64,000 bases of DNA from Bacilli bacterium (GCA_900755065.1 CAAEFC010000030.1:5359-69358), one strand, 5' to 3'; shown: positions 9,492 through 19,831, counted from the stretch's first letter. The notes: generated by a model not told the origin, from the letters alone. Translations and numbers: made by a program.

Positions 9492-10304
9492 ATGGACAAT
9501 TTACGGAAAGAAATCCGGGAGAACCGCCTCGTGCTGAACCGATCGTTCCCGGAAACGGTTCAACTCGATTTCGCGGAACTGGATACGGACAAACTGGAAA
9601 TCGACGTCGGTGAGAACGAAGCGGTCTCTCTGCTTCTTCTCGTCGATTCGACGGAGAAAAAACTGCTGTTTCGGGTGCATAAAAACGCGCGTTTATCGCT
9701 GAATCTGGCTTCTTTCGATACGGCAGACGGAAATCGGATCATCGTCGAACTGGAAGAGGGAAGTTCTTTTGAAGGCGCGTACGCCGACTTTTCGCGGGGG
9801 CAGAACCGTTTTGCCCTGACTTGCGATCTGAACGGGCGGAACTCGTCGGCTTCGTGGCATCTTTCCAGCGCGGCCCGGAACGAAGACAGCAAGGTGTTCA
9901 CGATCGATTTTTATCACAAAAACCCCGATACTTTTGCTCGAATGGACAATTACGGCGTTTGCGAAGATCAGGCCTCTCTGGATTTTCTGGGAACGAGCAA
10001 AATCGAAGAGGGCGCGAGAGGAAGCGCGACGCATCAGAAAGCGAAAATCATGGTTTTCGATCCGAAGTGCCGCGCGAAAGCTAGCCCTTGCCTTTGCATC
10101 GACGAAAACGACGTTCAGGCTTCGCACGCCGCTGTCGTTGGCCAAATCAACGAAGACCATATTTTTTACCTGACCAGCCGGGGAATCCCGGAAAAGGAAG
10201 CCAAAAAATTGATCACCTTGGGCTATCTTCTGCCGATCCTCGATCATTTCGGGGACGAAACGATCAAAGCGCAGATCCGCGAGCGGATCGAAGGCGGTAT
10301 CTGA
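9492..10304 (+). CDS. sufD: Fe-S cluster assembly protein SufD (short form)
   Basis: Position between sufC and sufS. C-terminal SufBD-family motifs (ASHAAVVGQINEDHIFYLTSRGIPEKEAKKLI). The start is ambiguous between 9468 and 9492. Confidence 0.7.
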   Translation: MDNLRKEIRENRLVLNRSFPETVQLDFAELDTDKLEIDVGENEAVSLLLLVDSTEKKLLFRVHKNARLSLNLASFDTADGNRIIVELEEGSSFEGAYADFSRGQNRFALTCDLNGRNSSASWHLSSAARNEDSKVFTIDFYHKNPDTFARMDNYGVCEDQASLDFLGTSKIEEGARGSATHQKAKIMVFDPKCRAKASPCLCIDENDVQASHAAVVGQINEDHIFYLTSRGIPEKEAKKLITLGYLLPILDHFGDETIKAQIRERIEGGI

Positions 10305-10305
10305 A

Positions 10306-11520
10306 ATGGATGTCCGGAAAATCAGAGCCGATTTCCCGATGCTGAACCGCCCGGAGAAACGGATTTACTTCGACAATGCGGCGACGACGTTCAAGCCGCA
10401 GTGCGTGATCGACGCGGAAATGGAATACTACCGTTCTTATTGCGCGAATACGCACAGGGGCGATTACGATATCGCCTATGAAGCCGACGTCCACTACGAG
10501 GAAGCGAGAAAAAAAGTCGCCGCGTTCATCGGCGCGGATAAAAACGAAGTGGTGTTTACTTCCGGCGATTCGATGGGACTCAACACGGTTGCTTACGGAT
10601 TGTTGAAAACGTTGAAAAAGGAAGACGAAATTCTGATCAGCGTCGTCGAACACGCGTCGAACGTTCTGCCTTGGTATCGCGTCGCGGAGATCGTCGGTTG
10701 CCGCGTCGGTTTCATTCCTGTCGACGAAAACGGCGGGATTTCTCCGGAAAACCTGCTGAAAGTCATCTCGGATAAAACCAAAGTCGTCGCGCTGGCGCAC
10801 ATCTCCAACGTGATCGGCTCGGTCAACGACGTCAAGGCGCTGGCGGAGATTGCCCATCGTTTCGGCGCCCTCTTCGTTCTGGACGGCGCGCAGAGCGTTC
10901 CGCATCTGAAAGTCGACGTCAAGGATCTCGACGTGGATTTCCTGACTTTTTCCGGGCATAAGTGCTACGGACCGACGGGAATCGGCGTTCTCTACGGGAA
11001 ATACGATCTGCTGGAAAAGATAGAGCCGTATTTTCTCGGCGGAGGAATGAACGCGTCGTTCGATCTGTGCGGCCATGTCCGTTATCTGTATCCGCCGACC
11101 AAGTTTGAAGCGGGAACGCAAAACATCGCCGGCGCGATCGGCCTGGCCAGAGCCGTCGAATATCTCGAAAGCATCGGCATGGACGAGATTTACCGTTACG
11201 AAACCGACTTGAAACGCTATCTGGTCGGACGCATGAAGGAACTCGACAACGTGACGGTTTACAATGAAAATACCCCCAGCGGGATCGTCGCCTTCAATCT
11301 CGACGGCGTTTTCGCTCAGGACGGAGCCTCTTTGTTCAACCGTTACGGGATCTGTCTTCGGAGCGGGGAACACTGCGCGAAACTGCTTCACCATTATCTG
11401 AACGTCGATCAGACGCTCAGGGCGAGCGTTTGCTTTTACAACACGAAAGAAGAAGTCGATGAATTCATCGAAGTCTGCAAGAAAGGTGGCGATTTTTTAG
11501 ATGCATTTTTCGCTGACTAA
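10306..11520 (+). CDS. sufS: Cysteine desulfurase SufS (class V aminotransferase, group II)
   Basis: PLP-lysine context FSGHKCYGPTG and active-site loop RSGEHCA. N-terminus FDNAATTFKP. Confidence 0.9.
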   Translation: MDVRKIRADFPMLNRPEKRIYFDNAATTFKPQCVIDAEMEYYRSYCANTHRGDYDIAYEADVHYEEARKKVAAFIGADKNEVVFTSGDSMGLNTVAYGLLKTLKKEDEILISVVEHASNVLPWYRVAEIVGCRVGFIPVDENGGISPENLLKVISDKTKVVALAHISNVIGSVNDVKALAEIAHRFGALFVLDGAQSVPHLKVDVKDLDVDFLTFSGHKCYGPTGIGVLYGKYDLLEKIEPYFLGGGMNASFDLCGHVRYLYPPTKFEAGTQNIAGAIGLARAVEYLESIGMDEIYRYETDLKRYLVGRMKELDNVTVYNENTPSGIVAFNLDGVFAQDGASLFNRYGICLRSGEHCAKLLHHYLNVDQTLRASVCFYNTKEEVDEFIEVCKKGGDFLDAFFAD

Positions 11521-11944
11521 CGAAATGATGCGGGAGATCATTATGGATCATTACCAGAACCCGAGAAATCGTCGGGAAACCGACGACCCTTCCTATGAAA
11601 CGGTGTACATGGATTCCGTTTCCTGCATCGATAAAATCTATATTCAGGTCAAAATCAAAGACGGCATCTTTCAGGATGTCTGCTGGCACGGAAAGGGGTG
11701 CGCGATTTCGACGGCTTCCACGTCGATCATGAGCGAACTTCTGAAAGGAAAGACGGTCGAAGAGGGAAACCGGATCATCGATAACTACTATGCGATGATT
11801 CACGGAAAGGAATACGATCCGGATTTGCTCGACGAAGCGGTGGTTTTCATGAATACGGGGCGTCAGCCTTCCCGGATCAAATGCGCGACGATTTCTTTCC
11901 GCGGAGTGAGGAAAATACTGGGAGGTAGCGACGATGAGCAATAA
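11501..11944 (+). CDS. sufU: SufU / IscU-like sulfur-transfer scaffold
   Basis: [11 protein letters not shown]-terminal motif, then [10 protein letters not shown] and a conserved Cys near the C-terminus (IKCATISF). The start may instead be ATG 11525. Confidence 0.85.
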   Translation: MHFSLTNEMMREIIMDHYQNPRNRRETDDPSYETVYMDSVSCIDKIYIQVKIKDGIFQDVCWHGKGCAISTASTSIMSELLKGKTVEEGNRIIDNYYAMIHGKEYDPDLLDEAVVFMNTGRQPSRIKCATISFRGVRKILGGSDDEQ

Positions 11945-13319
11945 CGAAGAATACAAATACGGATTCCGGAACGAGGACGTTTCGACGTTCAAGACGGGAA
12001 AGGGACTGAACGAAGCGATCGTCCGGGAGATTTCCGCGGCCAAACACGAACCGGAATGGATGACGCAATTCCGGCTGAACGCTTACCGCGCGTTCAGGGA
12101 AATGCCTTTGCCGGATTTCGGTCCCGATCTTTCCGGACTGGATTTCGGCTCTTACACGTATTTTACCCGGCCCAGCGACGCGGAAACCGATTCGTGGGAT
12201 AAAGTTCCTCAGACGATCAAGGAAACCTTTCAGAAACTGGGCATTCCCGAAGCGGAACAGAAGTTCCTCGCCGGCGTTTCCACGCAATACGAAAGCGAGG
12301 TCGTTTATCACAATATGCTTCAAGAGGTCGAAGACAAGGGCGTGATCTTTTTATCGACCGATATGGCGTTGCAGACCTGTCCGGAATTGTTCCGGAAGTA
12401 TTTCAATAAAGTCGTCCCTTACCGGGACAATAAGTTTTCGGCGCTGAACGGCGCAGTCTGGTCGGGCGGTTCTTTCATCTATGTGCCGAAAGGGGTAAAA
12501 CTGGAAAAACCGTTGCAATCGTATTTCCGCATCAACAACGAAAAGAGCGGACAGTTCGAGCGGACGCTGATTATCGTCGACGAAGGCGCGGACGTCCATT
12601 ACGTGGAAGGTTGTACCGCGCCGATCTATTCCAAAGAATCGTTACACGCCGCCGTCGTGGAGATTTATGTGGAAAAAGGCGGCCATTGCCGTTATTCGAC
12701 GATTCAGAACTGGTCGAACAATATCGTCAATCTGGTCACCAAGAGAGCGTTGGTCGAAGCGGACGGCCTGATGGAATGGATCGACGGGAACATCGGCAGT
12801 CAACTCAACATGAAATATCCGTGTTGCGTTTTAAACGGTCCGGGAGCGAAGGGAAACTGCATTTCGATCGCCGTTGCCGACCGGATTCAGTATCAGGACG
12901 CCGGGGCGAAAATGATTCATCTGGCGAGCAACACGACTTCGACGATCGTCTCCAAATCGATCGTGAAAAACGGCGGAGTCGCCAATTATCGGGGAAAGGT
13001 GCTGATTGCAAGTTCCGCGTCGAACAGCAAATCGCACATCGAATGCGATACGCTGATTCTCGACGATCAATCGAAATCCGATACGATTCCGACGAATATC
13101 TGCAACAACAATACGTCTTTTCTCGAACACGAGGCGACGGTCAGCAAGATCAACGAAGATCAGTTGTTTTATCTGATGTCGCGGGGATTGAGCAAAAAGG
13201 AAGCGACGCAGATGATCATCATGGGATTCATCGAACCGTTCTCCAAAGAATTGCCGATGGAATATGCGGTTGAACTGAATCAACTGATCCGTATGGATAT
13301 GGAGGGGAGCATCGGTTGA
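11934..13319 (+). CDS. sufB: Fe-S cluster assembly protein SufB
   Basis: 461 aa. YKYGF N-terminal motif and SufB-typical C-terminus ([26 protein letters not shown]). Confidence 0.9.
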   Translation: MSNNEEYKYGFRNEDVSTFKTGKGLNEAIVREISAAKHEPEWMTQFRLNAYRAFREMPLPDFGPDLSGLDFGSYTYFTRPSDAETDSWDKVPQTIKETFQKLGIPEAEQKFLAGVSTQYESEVVYHNMLQEVEDKGVIFLSTDMALQTCPELFRKYFNKVVPYRDNKFSALNGAVWSGGSFIYVPKGVKLEKPLQSYFRINNEKSGQFERTLIIVDEGADVHYVEGCTAPIYSKESLHAAVVEIYVEKGGHCRYSTIQNWSNNIVNLVTKRALVEADGLMEWIDGNIGSQLNMKYPCCVLNGPGAKGNCISIAVADRIQYQDAGAKMIHLASNTTSTIVSKSIVKNGGVANYRGKVLIASSASNSKSHIECDTLILDDQSKSDTIPTNICNNNTSFLEHEATVSKINEDQLFYLMSRGLSKKEATQMIIMGFIEPFSKELPMEYAVELNQLIRMDMEGSIG

Positions 13320-15178
13320 TGGAGTATGAAGTGATCGTCGTCGGCGGCGGACACGCCGGGGTAGAAGCCTCTTTCGCCGCGGCGCATCTGGGTTTGAATA
13401 CCCTGTTAATCACGTTAAATAAAAAGATGATCGCCAATATGCCTTGCAATCCTTCGATCGGAGGAAGCGCGAAGGGCATCGTCGTGCGGGAAATCGACGC
13501 GTTGGGCGGAATGATGGGCATCGCCGCGGATTTCGGTTGCCTGCAAATGAAAATGCTGAATACCGGAAAAGGTCCTGGCGTGCAGTGTCTCCGCGCGCAG
13601 GAAGACAAACTCGATTATCCGAAGATCATGCAGGATTTTCTCGACCGCTGTCCGCATCTGAGCGTGGCGGAAGGAATGGTCGACGATCTGATCGTCGAAG
13701 AAAACCGCGTGGCGGGCGTCCGGGTTCAGGGACGGGAAATCCGTTCCCGTGCAGTGATCCTGACGACGGGAACGTACATGGAAAGTCAGATTCTGCGCGG
13801 ACATACCGTTTATAGCGGTGGCCCTGACGGAGAAAAAGCCTCTTCGGGATTGTCGCCCAATCTGAGAAAAATGGGAATCAAAACGATCCGCCTGAAAACC
13901 GGAACGCCGCAGAGAATCCGAAGGGACAGCATCGATTTTTCGCAACTGGAAGTGCAATACGGCAGCGAAAAACCGCTTCGTTTTTCGTTTACCGAAAGCA
14001 AAGTCGTCCCGTTCGACGAGCAGATTCTCTGCTACCTCACCTATACCAACGAGAAGACCCACCGCATTATTCGCGAACATCTGAAAGAGTCTTCGATGTA
14101 CGGCGGCGTGGTAACCGGAGTCGGACCCCGTTACTGTCCGTCCATCGAAGATAAAATCGTCCGTTTCAGCGATAAGCCCCGTCATCAGTTGTTTCTGGAA
14201 CCGGAGTCGCGGCATACCGATTCGATTTACCTGCAAGGATTTTCGACTTCGATGCCGGAAGACGTGCAGGAAGAGATGGTTCACTCGCTGAAAGGTCTGG
14301 AACACGCGGAAATTCTCAAATACGCCTATGCGATCGAGTACGACGCCGTAGACGCTTCGGAATACGATTACACGCTGGAAGTCAGAAAGTGGCCGGGGCT
14401 GTACGTCGCCGGTCAGATCTGCGGCACTTCCGGTTACGAAGAGGCCGCCGGACTGGGACTCATCGCCGGCATCAACGCCGCGTTGAAAATTTTGGGAAAA
14501 GAGCCGTTGATTCTCAGGAGAGATCAGGCCTATATCGGCGTGATGATCGACGATCTGGTCGGAAAGGGAACGAAAGAGCCGTACCGTTTGCTTTCTTCGC
14601 GCGCGGAATACCGCCTCTTGCTAAGGCACGACAACGCCGATCTTCGTCTGACGCCGATCGGATACCGGATCGGTTTAATCGACGATCAGCGCTATCAGAA
14701 ATTCATCAACAAGACTTCGCGTCTGCATCAGGGAAAAGAGATTCTCGACTATCTGCGTATGGGGACGAAACCGGACTTTCTCGCCTACATGAAATCGCTC
14801 GGATACGCGGATTATCCGGGCGGATTAACGGCAAGCGAAATCCTGCGCCGTCCCGAAGTGAAGTTAAAGGATCTCTCCGCCTTCGTGAATCTTCCGCCCC
14901 TGAACGAAGAGGAGACGGAACAGTTGGAAATCGCGATCAAATACGAGGGATACATCAAGAAAGCGATGAATGAGGCTCAGCGGTTGATCAAACTCGAAGA
15001 AGTCGTCATTCCGGAAGGACTCGACTATCTGAATATGGACGGTCTTCGTCTGGAAGCGAGACAGAAATTCGATGAAATCCGCCCGCGGACGATCGCGCAG
15101 GCGAGCCGGATTTCCGGCGTCAATCCGACGGATATATCGATGTTGCTTCTGCATATCCGGAAAGGAGTCCGCGAATGA
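13319..15178 (+). CDS. mnmG: tRNA uridine 5-carboxymethylaminomethyl modification enzyme MnmG (GidA)
   Basis: FAD-binding VIVVGGGHAGVEA and GPRYCPSIEDK motif. The ATG overlaps the sufB stop (TGATG). Confidence 0.95.
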   Translation: MEYEVIVVGGGHAGVEASFAAAHLGLNTLLITLNKKMIANMPCNPSIGGSAKGIVVREIDALGGMMGIAADFGCLQMKMLNTGKGPGVQCLRAQEDKLDYPKIMQDFLDRCPHLSVAEGMVDDLIVEENRVAGVRVQGREIRSRAVILTTGTYMESQILRGHTVYSGGPDGEKASSGLSPNLRKMGIKTIRLKTGTPQRIRRDSIDFSQLEVQYGSEKPLRFSFTESKVVPFDEQILCYLTYTNEKTHRIIREHLKESSMYGGVVTGVGPRYCPSIEDKIVRFSDKPRHQLFLEPESRHTDSIYLQGFSTSMPEDVQEEMVHSLKGLEHAEILKYAYAIEYDAVDASEYDYTLEVRKWPGLYVAGQICGTSGYEEAAGLGLIAGINAALKILGKEPLILRRDQAYIGVMIDDLVGKGTKEPYRLLSSRAEYRLLLRHDNADLRLTPIGYRIGLIDDQRYQKFINKTSRLHQGKEILDYLRMGTKPDFLAYMKSLGYADYPGGLTASEILRRPEVKLKDLSAFVNLPPLNEEETEQLEIAIKYEGYIKKAMNEAQRLIKLEEVVIPEGLDYLNMDGLRLEARQKFDEIRPRTIAQASRISGVNPTDISMLLLHIRKGVRE

Positions 15179-15879
15179 AAGAAAGGGAATTTATCGGTTT
15201 TCTCGCGGAAAACGGCCTCCTTCTTTCGGAACGTCAGATTTTCCGCCTGGAAAGATACCAGCAATTGCTGGAAGAAAAAAACCGGGAGATCAATCTGACG
15301 GCGATTACCGAAAAGGAAGAGGTTTTCGAGAAGCATTTCCTTGATTCACTGCTTTTTTCTTTCGGAGAAAACATGGAAAACAAGCGGTGCATCGACATCG
15401 GTTCGGGAGCCGGATTTCCCGGCCTCGTCGTTGCGATCTGCTATCCGGAGGTCGAGATGACGCTGTTGGAACCGATCGGAAAACGCTGTCTGTTTCTGAA
15501 CGAGGTTATCCGGAATCTGGAACTCGATAACGTCCGGGTGGTTCACGCCCGGAGCGAGGAATATTGCCGGGAACACCCGGAAGAATTCGATCTGGCTCTG
15601 GCGCGGGGCGTCAGCAAACTGAACGTTCTTCTGGAAATCATTTTGCCTTTGCTGAAAGTCGACGGCCTCTTCATCGCTTTGAAGGGAAAGATTTTTCAGG
15701 AAGAAATCGATGCGTCTTCGCGCGCTTTGAAAACGCTGAACGCCGAAATCGTCCGCGTCAGGGAGGAAACCTTACCCACGAATCGGGAAGTCCGGGCGAA
15801 TCTTTTTATCCGAAAGAAATCGCCTACGCCGAAACTTTACCCGAGACCTTACGCGAAGATCAAAAAAAAGCCGTTGTAG
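15175..15879 (+). CDS. rsmG: 16S rRNA (guanine527-N7)-methyltransferase RsmG (GidB)
   Basis: SAM-binding DIGSGAGFPGL. ATGA overlap with mnmG. Canonical mnmG-rsmG pairing. Confidence 0.9.
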   Translation: MKEREFIGFLAENGLLLSERQIFRLERYQQLLEEKNREINLTAITEKEEVFEKHFLDSLLFSFGENMENKRCIDIGSGAGFPGLVVAICYPEVEMTLLEPIGKRCLFLNEVIRNLELDNVRVVHARSEEYCREHPEEFDLALARGVSKLNVLLEIILPLLKVDGLFIALKGKIFQEEIDASSRALKTLNAEIVRVREETLPTNREVRANLFIRKKSPTPKLYPRPYAKIKKKPL

Positions 15880-15891
15880 GGAGGAAATCGC

Positions 15892-16653
15892 ATGAATAAA
15901 ATTATCGCCATCAGCAATCAGAAAGGCGGAGTCGGCAAGACGACGACCGCGATCTCGCTTTCCGGCTGTTTCAGCAAACTGAATTATTCGGTTCTTCTGG
16001 TAGACATGGATCCGCAGGGAAACGCGTCGAGAGGAATGGGACTGGATCCGACATCGATCCGGAAAAACATCTTCGACGTCCTGATTCAGGCTTCGGACAT
16101 CAACAAGACGATCCGGAAGACGCAGACCAAAGGCGTGGACGTACTGCCCAGCAATCTGAAATTAGCCACCCTCGAATCTTCGATCGACGGGGTGGAAAAA
16201 CCGTTCAATCTCCTGAAAGCGTCTTTGTCTCAGATCAACAGGCATTACGATTTCATCATCATCGATTGTCCCCCTTCGCTGGGCCTTCTGAATCTCAATG
16301 CTCTTTGCGCCGCCGACAGCGTGATCATTCCCGTGCAGTGCGAATATTACGCGATGGAAGCCGTCGCGCAGATTCTTTCTTCCATTTCGCGGATTCAGAA
16401 AGACTATAATCCGGATCTGGAAATTCTCGGCTTTCTGTTAACGATGTACGACTCGCGCATCAAACTGGCCACCGAAGTGACGACGGAAATCCGCGGGCTT
16501 TTCCGTGAAAAGACTTTCGTCACGCAGATTCCGCGCAACATATCGCTGGCCGAAGCGGCTTTTTACGGAAAACCGATCAACCTCTTCCGCCCGAAAGCAA
16601 CCGGAAGTCTGGCCTATCTTTCCTTGGCAAGGGAGATCGTCGGCAATGGCTAA
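15892..16653 (+). CDS. soj: Chromosome partitioning ATPase ParA/Soj
   Basis: Deviant Walker A NQKGGVGKTTT and DCPPSLG motif. Confidence 0.9.
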   Translation: MNKIIAISNQKGGVGKTTTAISLSGCFSKLNYSVLLVDMDPQGNASRGMGLDPTSIRKNIFDVLIQASDINKTIRKTQTKGVDVLPSNLKLATLESSIDGVEKPFNLLKASLSQINRHYDFIIIDCPPSLGLLNLNALCAADSVIIPVQCEYYAMEAVAQILSSISRIQKDYNPDLEILGFLLTMYDSRIKLATEVTTEIRGLFREKTFVTQIPRNISLAEAAFYGKPINLFRPKATGSLAYLSLAREIVGNG

Positions 16654-17467
16654 GGCGAGAAATCTGGATTCGCTGATCCGGGAATATCAGGACGCCGATC
16701 TGATCGGGACGATCGAAAAAGGTTATCAGAACGAAAGCGGCATTCTGCTCGAATTGGATCAGATCCGTTTCAATCCGATCGTGCGGAATCAGTTTTTTCT
16801 GAACCGGAACCTGAAAGAACTGACGGAATCGATCCGGGAAAGCGGCGTACTGAGCCCTCTTCTCGTCCGACGGAGAAATTACCGTTACGAAGTGGTTTCC
16901 GGCTATCGTCGCTTTTACGTCGCGCGGAATCTTCATCTGGAACGCGTCCCCGTCGTGGTGAGGGAAATCAGCGACGACGTTCTGATTTATTTGGTTTTGT
17001 CGCGCGCGGCGCAGAAAACCAACGACAACATTCTGAACAGGACCTACGTTTTCGATATTCTGGTCAACGAATACAACGTTTCCCGAAAGGACATCGCCAA
17101 GATCAGCAAGATCTCTCTGTCGCAGGTGAATAACATTCTGCGCCTCCGGAATCTTTCCGAAGACGTCGTCGCGGCGTTGAAAAAAGAAAAGATTTCTTAC
17201 GGGCAAGCGCGGGTTCTCGTCAATCTAGGCGAAGAAAAGCAGAAGGAATACCTCCGGCGAATCATCGAAGAAAACCTTTCGGTTCACGACATCGAAAACA
17301 TCGCCAAAAGGGAAAAACGTTCGCCTGCGTCTTTGAAAGAGATCGAAGCCTTCGAGAGCAAAAACAAGGCGGGCGTTCACATCGGAAAGAAAACGTTGCA
17401 TCTGAAATTCAAAAAGAACAGCGATCTGAAACGTTTTATCAAGACGTACTTCAACGATTTCAAATAA
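16646..17467 (+). CDS. spo0J: Chromosome partitioning protein ParB/Spo0J-like
   Basis: ParB N-terminal box (SGYRRFYVARNL in place of the usual GERRWRA) and a central HTH (ISKISLSQVNNILRL). Start set at MAKARN, overlapping the parA stop. Confidence 0.8.
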   Translation: MAKARNLDSLIREYQDADLIGTIEKGYQNESGILLELDQIRFNPIVRNQFFLNRNLKELTESIRESGVLSPLLVRRRNYRYEVVSGYRRFYVARNLHLERVPVVVREISDDVLIYLVLSRAAQKTNDNILNRTYVFDILVNEYNVSRKDIAKISKISLSQVNNILRLRNLSEDVVAALKKEKISYGQARVLVNLGEEKQKEYLRRIIEENLSVHDIENIAKREKRSPASLKEIEAFESKNKAGVHIGKKTLHLKFKKNSDLKRFIKTYFNDFK

Positions 17468-17701
17468 AGGAAGACGAAAGGCGTCGCTCTATTAGGTTTT
17501 TATGAAAAACTAAAACTTACTGACAATTCTACTTTCGAGCGATCAGCAAACAAGGATTTGGATTTGTTTTCGAGTCCTTTTTATATAGATGTTACGAATG
17601 ACAGTACCTTTGTTTTAGCAATTCAATCGCTTAAACATCTTGATAAATCAAATCAAATCGTTTATGATCTAATCATAAATACCTTTGATTAGATTAGAAT
17701 C

Positions 17702-17908
17702 TTGGAGGTTATGATGAAAGAAACCCAAACAATTGAATTCAAAAGACAATTTGTAAGCGACCTGAATAAGGAAATTATAGCATTTGCGAATACAAACGGC
17801 GGTGAAATATTGATCGGAATAGATAATAATGGCCTAGTTGCGGGGCTTTCCGATATCGAAGCAGTTGAACTTCAATGCGTCAATCATATTTCAAATACAA
17901 TTCTATAA
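17702..17908 (+). pseudogene. N-terminal fragment of an AlbA_2 (Schlafen-like) DNA-binding/ATPase protein
   Basis: ETQTIEFKRQF...IIAFANTNGGEILIGIDNNGLVAGL matches the AlbA_2 domain N-terminus. The ORF stops after 68 aa, whereas full-length proteins are 400+ aa. Confidence 0.5.
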
Positions 17909-18023
17909 AATAAACAAAATTTTTTAGAAATATAACGAAGCATACCCTCTTTACATTGACAAAATATAAACAAATGAACTTTGGAACTCTGAGATTTAAT
18001 CCTGATATTGAGCAGAGAAGAGA

Positions 18024-18551
18024 ATGTATGTGTCCCTGTTCCATAGTGGCAGTTATATCCCGAAACAGCAAGACCAACAGTATGTCCACAACATTGTAGT
18101 TAGATACAACGATATAGCCGATTGTTGGAATGATAAGATTACCAAGGATAATGTAGTTCACTTCGTTTATCGGATAAAAGAAAAAGTCGCGCTTTCCAAA
18201 GTTTGGACCAATAGCGATGAGTTTGCCTATGTGATATTGGAAACAATGAACGACCGCGGTCTTTCCTTAACGCAAGTTGAGATGCTCCGTTCTTATTTGC
18301 GTGCCCATATATACGCTCCGAAAAGAGCGAGAGCAAGGAGAACTACTTTCGAAAATGTAGTGAAACATCTTATGAATAATAAATTGAACTCTAAATCAAA
18401 AGCAAAGTTTGAGTTTTTCAAGATGTATTTCAAGGGTCATTATGCCGAAGACTTTCCCAAGCAAAGAACTCCGTGTCTGACTTTTTCAATTCTGCAAGAT
18501 TTTAAAATATGGGCAATAATGACGGATATTTCAAGCATGCAATGGAAATAA
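18024..18551 (+). pseudogene. Internal fragment resembling a DUF262 / GmrSD-type protein
   Basis: ILETMNDRGLSLTQVEMLRSYL resembles the conserved xFExxNxRGxxLxxxDLxKN block of DUF262 proteins. It lacks the N-terminal DGQQR part, has no RBS, and is AT-rich. Confidence 0.35.
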
Positions 18552-18804
18552 AACTTTATTAGAACCGTTAAAACCCCGGATTTCGACGAAACAGGCAAGG
18601 GGAAAGGCGTGGCATAGTGCCGCGCCTGATTCTCAAGTCAGGGCCTTTACCGAACATTTCCTAATGGAAATGCGATAAGGCTCTTTTTTTTGTATAGGCA
18701 AAACACATTCGGCATATCAAAAACTCAGAACGATTTGTTCTTAAAGCATCTAGCACAGATTGTTCTACTTTATAGTATGGGATATGAAAGCGAGACAATT
18801 TTGA

Positions 18805-19014
18805 TTGATGCAGTATAAGAATTTGAAACGTCTTAGAGAAGAAAACGAAATATCTCAGGCACATCTTGCCAGAATTCTGCACTGCACGCAGAGAGCGTAT
18901 TCCTATTACGAAAACGGCGAAAGAGATATTCCTACATCGATTCTGATTGCACTGGCGAAATATTACCACGTTTCCGTCGATTTTATCTTGGGAATCAGCG
19001 AAGAAAGAAATTAA
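18805..19014 (+). CDS. XRE (Cro/CI-type) helix-turn-helix transcriptional regulator
   Basis: 69 aa. LKRLREENEISQAHLARILHCTQRAYSYYENGERDIP is a textbook HTH_3 domain. Confidence 0.8.
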   Translation: MMQYKNLKRLREENEISQAHLARILHCTQRAYSYYENGERDIPTSILIALAKYYHVSVDFILGISEERN

Positions 19015-19088
19015 GCGACGGGTCGGTTTTAAAGGGGCGCTTCTTATTCCGTATCGAAAAATGTTGACGATAAATCACATTTTTTAAA

Positions 19089-19802
19089 ATGCAAAGATCG
19101 ATCGTTTGGCTCGACCGTCTGAGTATGTATGAGTTAATTCAAGCGATACGGGAATTTCAGGAAGCACCTACCGACGAGAATTTTGTCCGTATCATCGGTG
19201 AACTGGAAGGGAGGAAAATCCGGGAAACGATGCGGGTTCCCGCTTCTTTTCGGGAAGATTACGCGCAGGAATGGCTGATCCGTCTCTTTCTTCTGATCCG
19301 AAAGTTCCGTTATCTTCCCTGTCCTGTGAAAGTCGGGGATTCAGACGACGATGCCCGCTGTGCCTTTTCTTCGATCGCTTCGGATCCTTTGTTTGAAAAG
19401 TGGATTCGGGAAGAAGGTTCGCAAATGCGGGAAAAGGCCGGTTCGGAAGAGAGGAATCCGTCTGTTCTGATCGAGCGGTTCACGCTGTACGCCAATCAGG
19501 TTCGGTTTTTGCACTTGTTGAAAAGGACTTCCGATTTTCTTTACGCCGACTTTTGGAGAAAGGCGAAAAAACAAAGAGAAACGCCTTCGATCGTCGATCG
19601 GTTCTGGAAAGAGGAGCCGAAACCCGTTTGCGATTTTTCCTTTCTAGAAGAAAAGGATAGGGAATTTCTGTTGCTGTTCATCGGCGAAAGCGATCTTCTG
19701 AGCGAAAGGGAAGTGGCGAAGAAACTGGGCGTTTCGCAACAGGCGGTTCATCGACGCAAGGCGAGAATCGTCCGAAAAATGCGATCAAGCAAGGAAGCAT
19801 GA
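19089..19802 (+). CDS. Hypothetical protein with C-terminal sigma-70 region-4-like HTH
   Basis: 237 aa. The C-terminus LSEREVAKKLGVSQQAVHRRKARIVRKM resembles sigma region 4.2. No clear region 2 was recognised. Confidence 0.4.
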   Translation: MQRSIVWLDRLSMYELIQAIREFQEAPTDENFVRIIGELEGRKIRETMRVPASFREDYAQEWLIRLFLLIRKFRYLPCPVKVGDSDDDARCAFSSIASDPLFEKWIREEGSQMREKAGSEERNPSVLIERFTLYANQVRFLHLLKRTSDFLYADFWRKAKKQRETPSIVDRFWKEEPKPVCDFSFLEEKDREFLLLFIGESDLLSEREVAKKLGVSQQAVHRRKARIVRKMRSSKEA

Positions 19803-19831
19803 ATCCGATCGTCGCGGCATAGGATAGGATT

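Larger units (their letters stand above)
17468..19020. other. AT-rich accessory patch with decayed defence-type gene fragments and an XRE regulator
   Basis: Base composition changes visibly right after the parB stop. The patch contains only truncated ORFs and long non-coding stretches. Confidence 0.5.

Noticed and set aside
17468-17700. Possible oriC, given the mnmG-rsmG-parAB context and an AT-rich intergenic region
   Set aside because: No TTATCCACA/TGTGGATAA DnaA boxes are visible, and dnaA, dnaN and rpmH are absent from the window.
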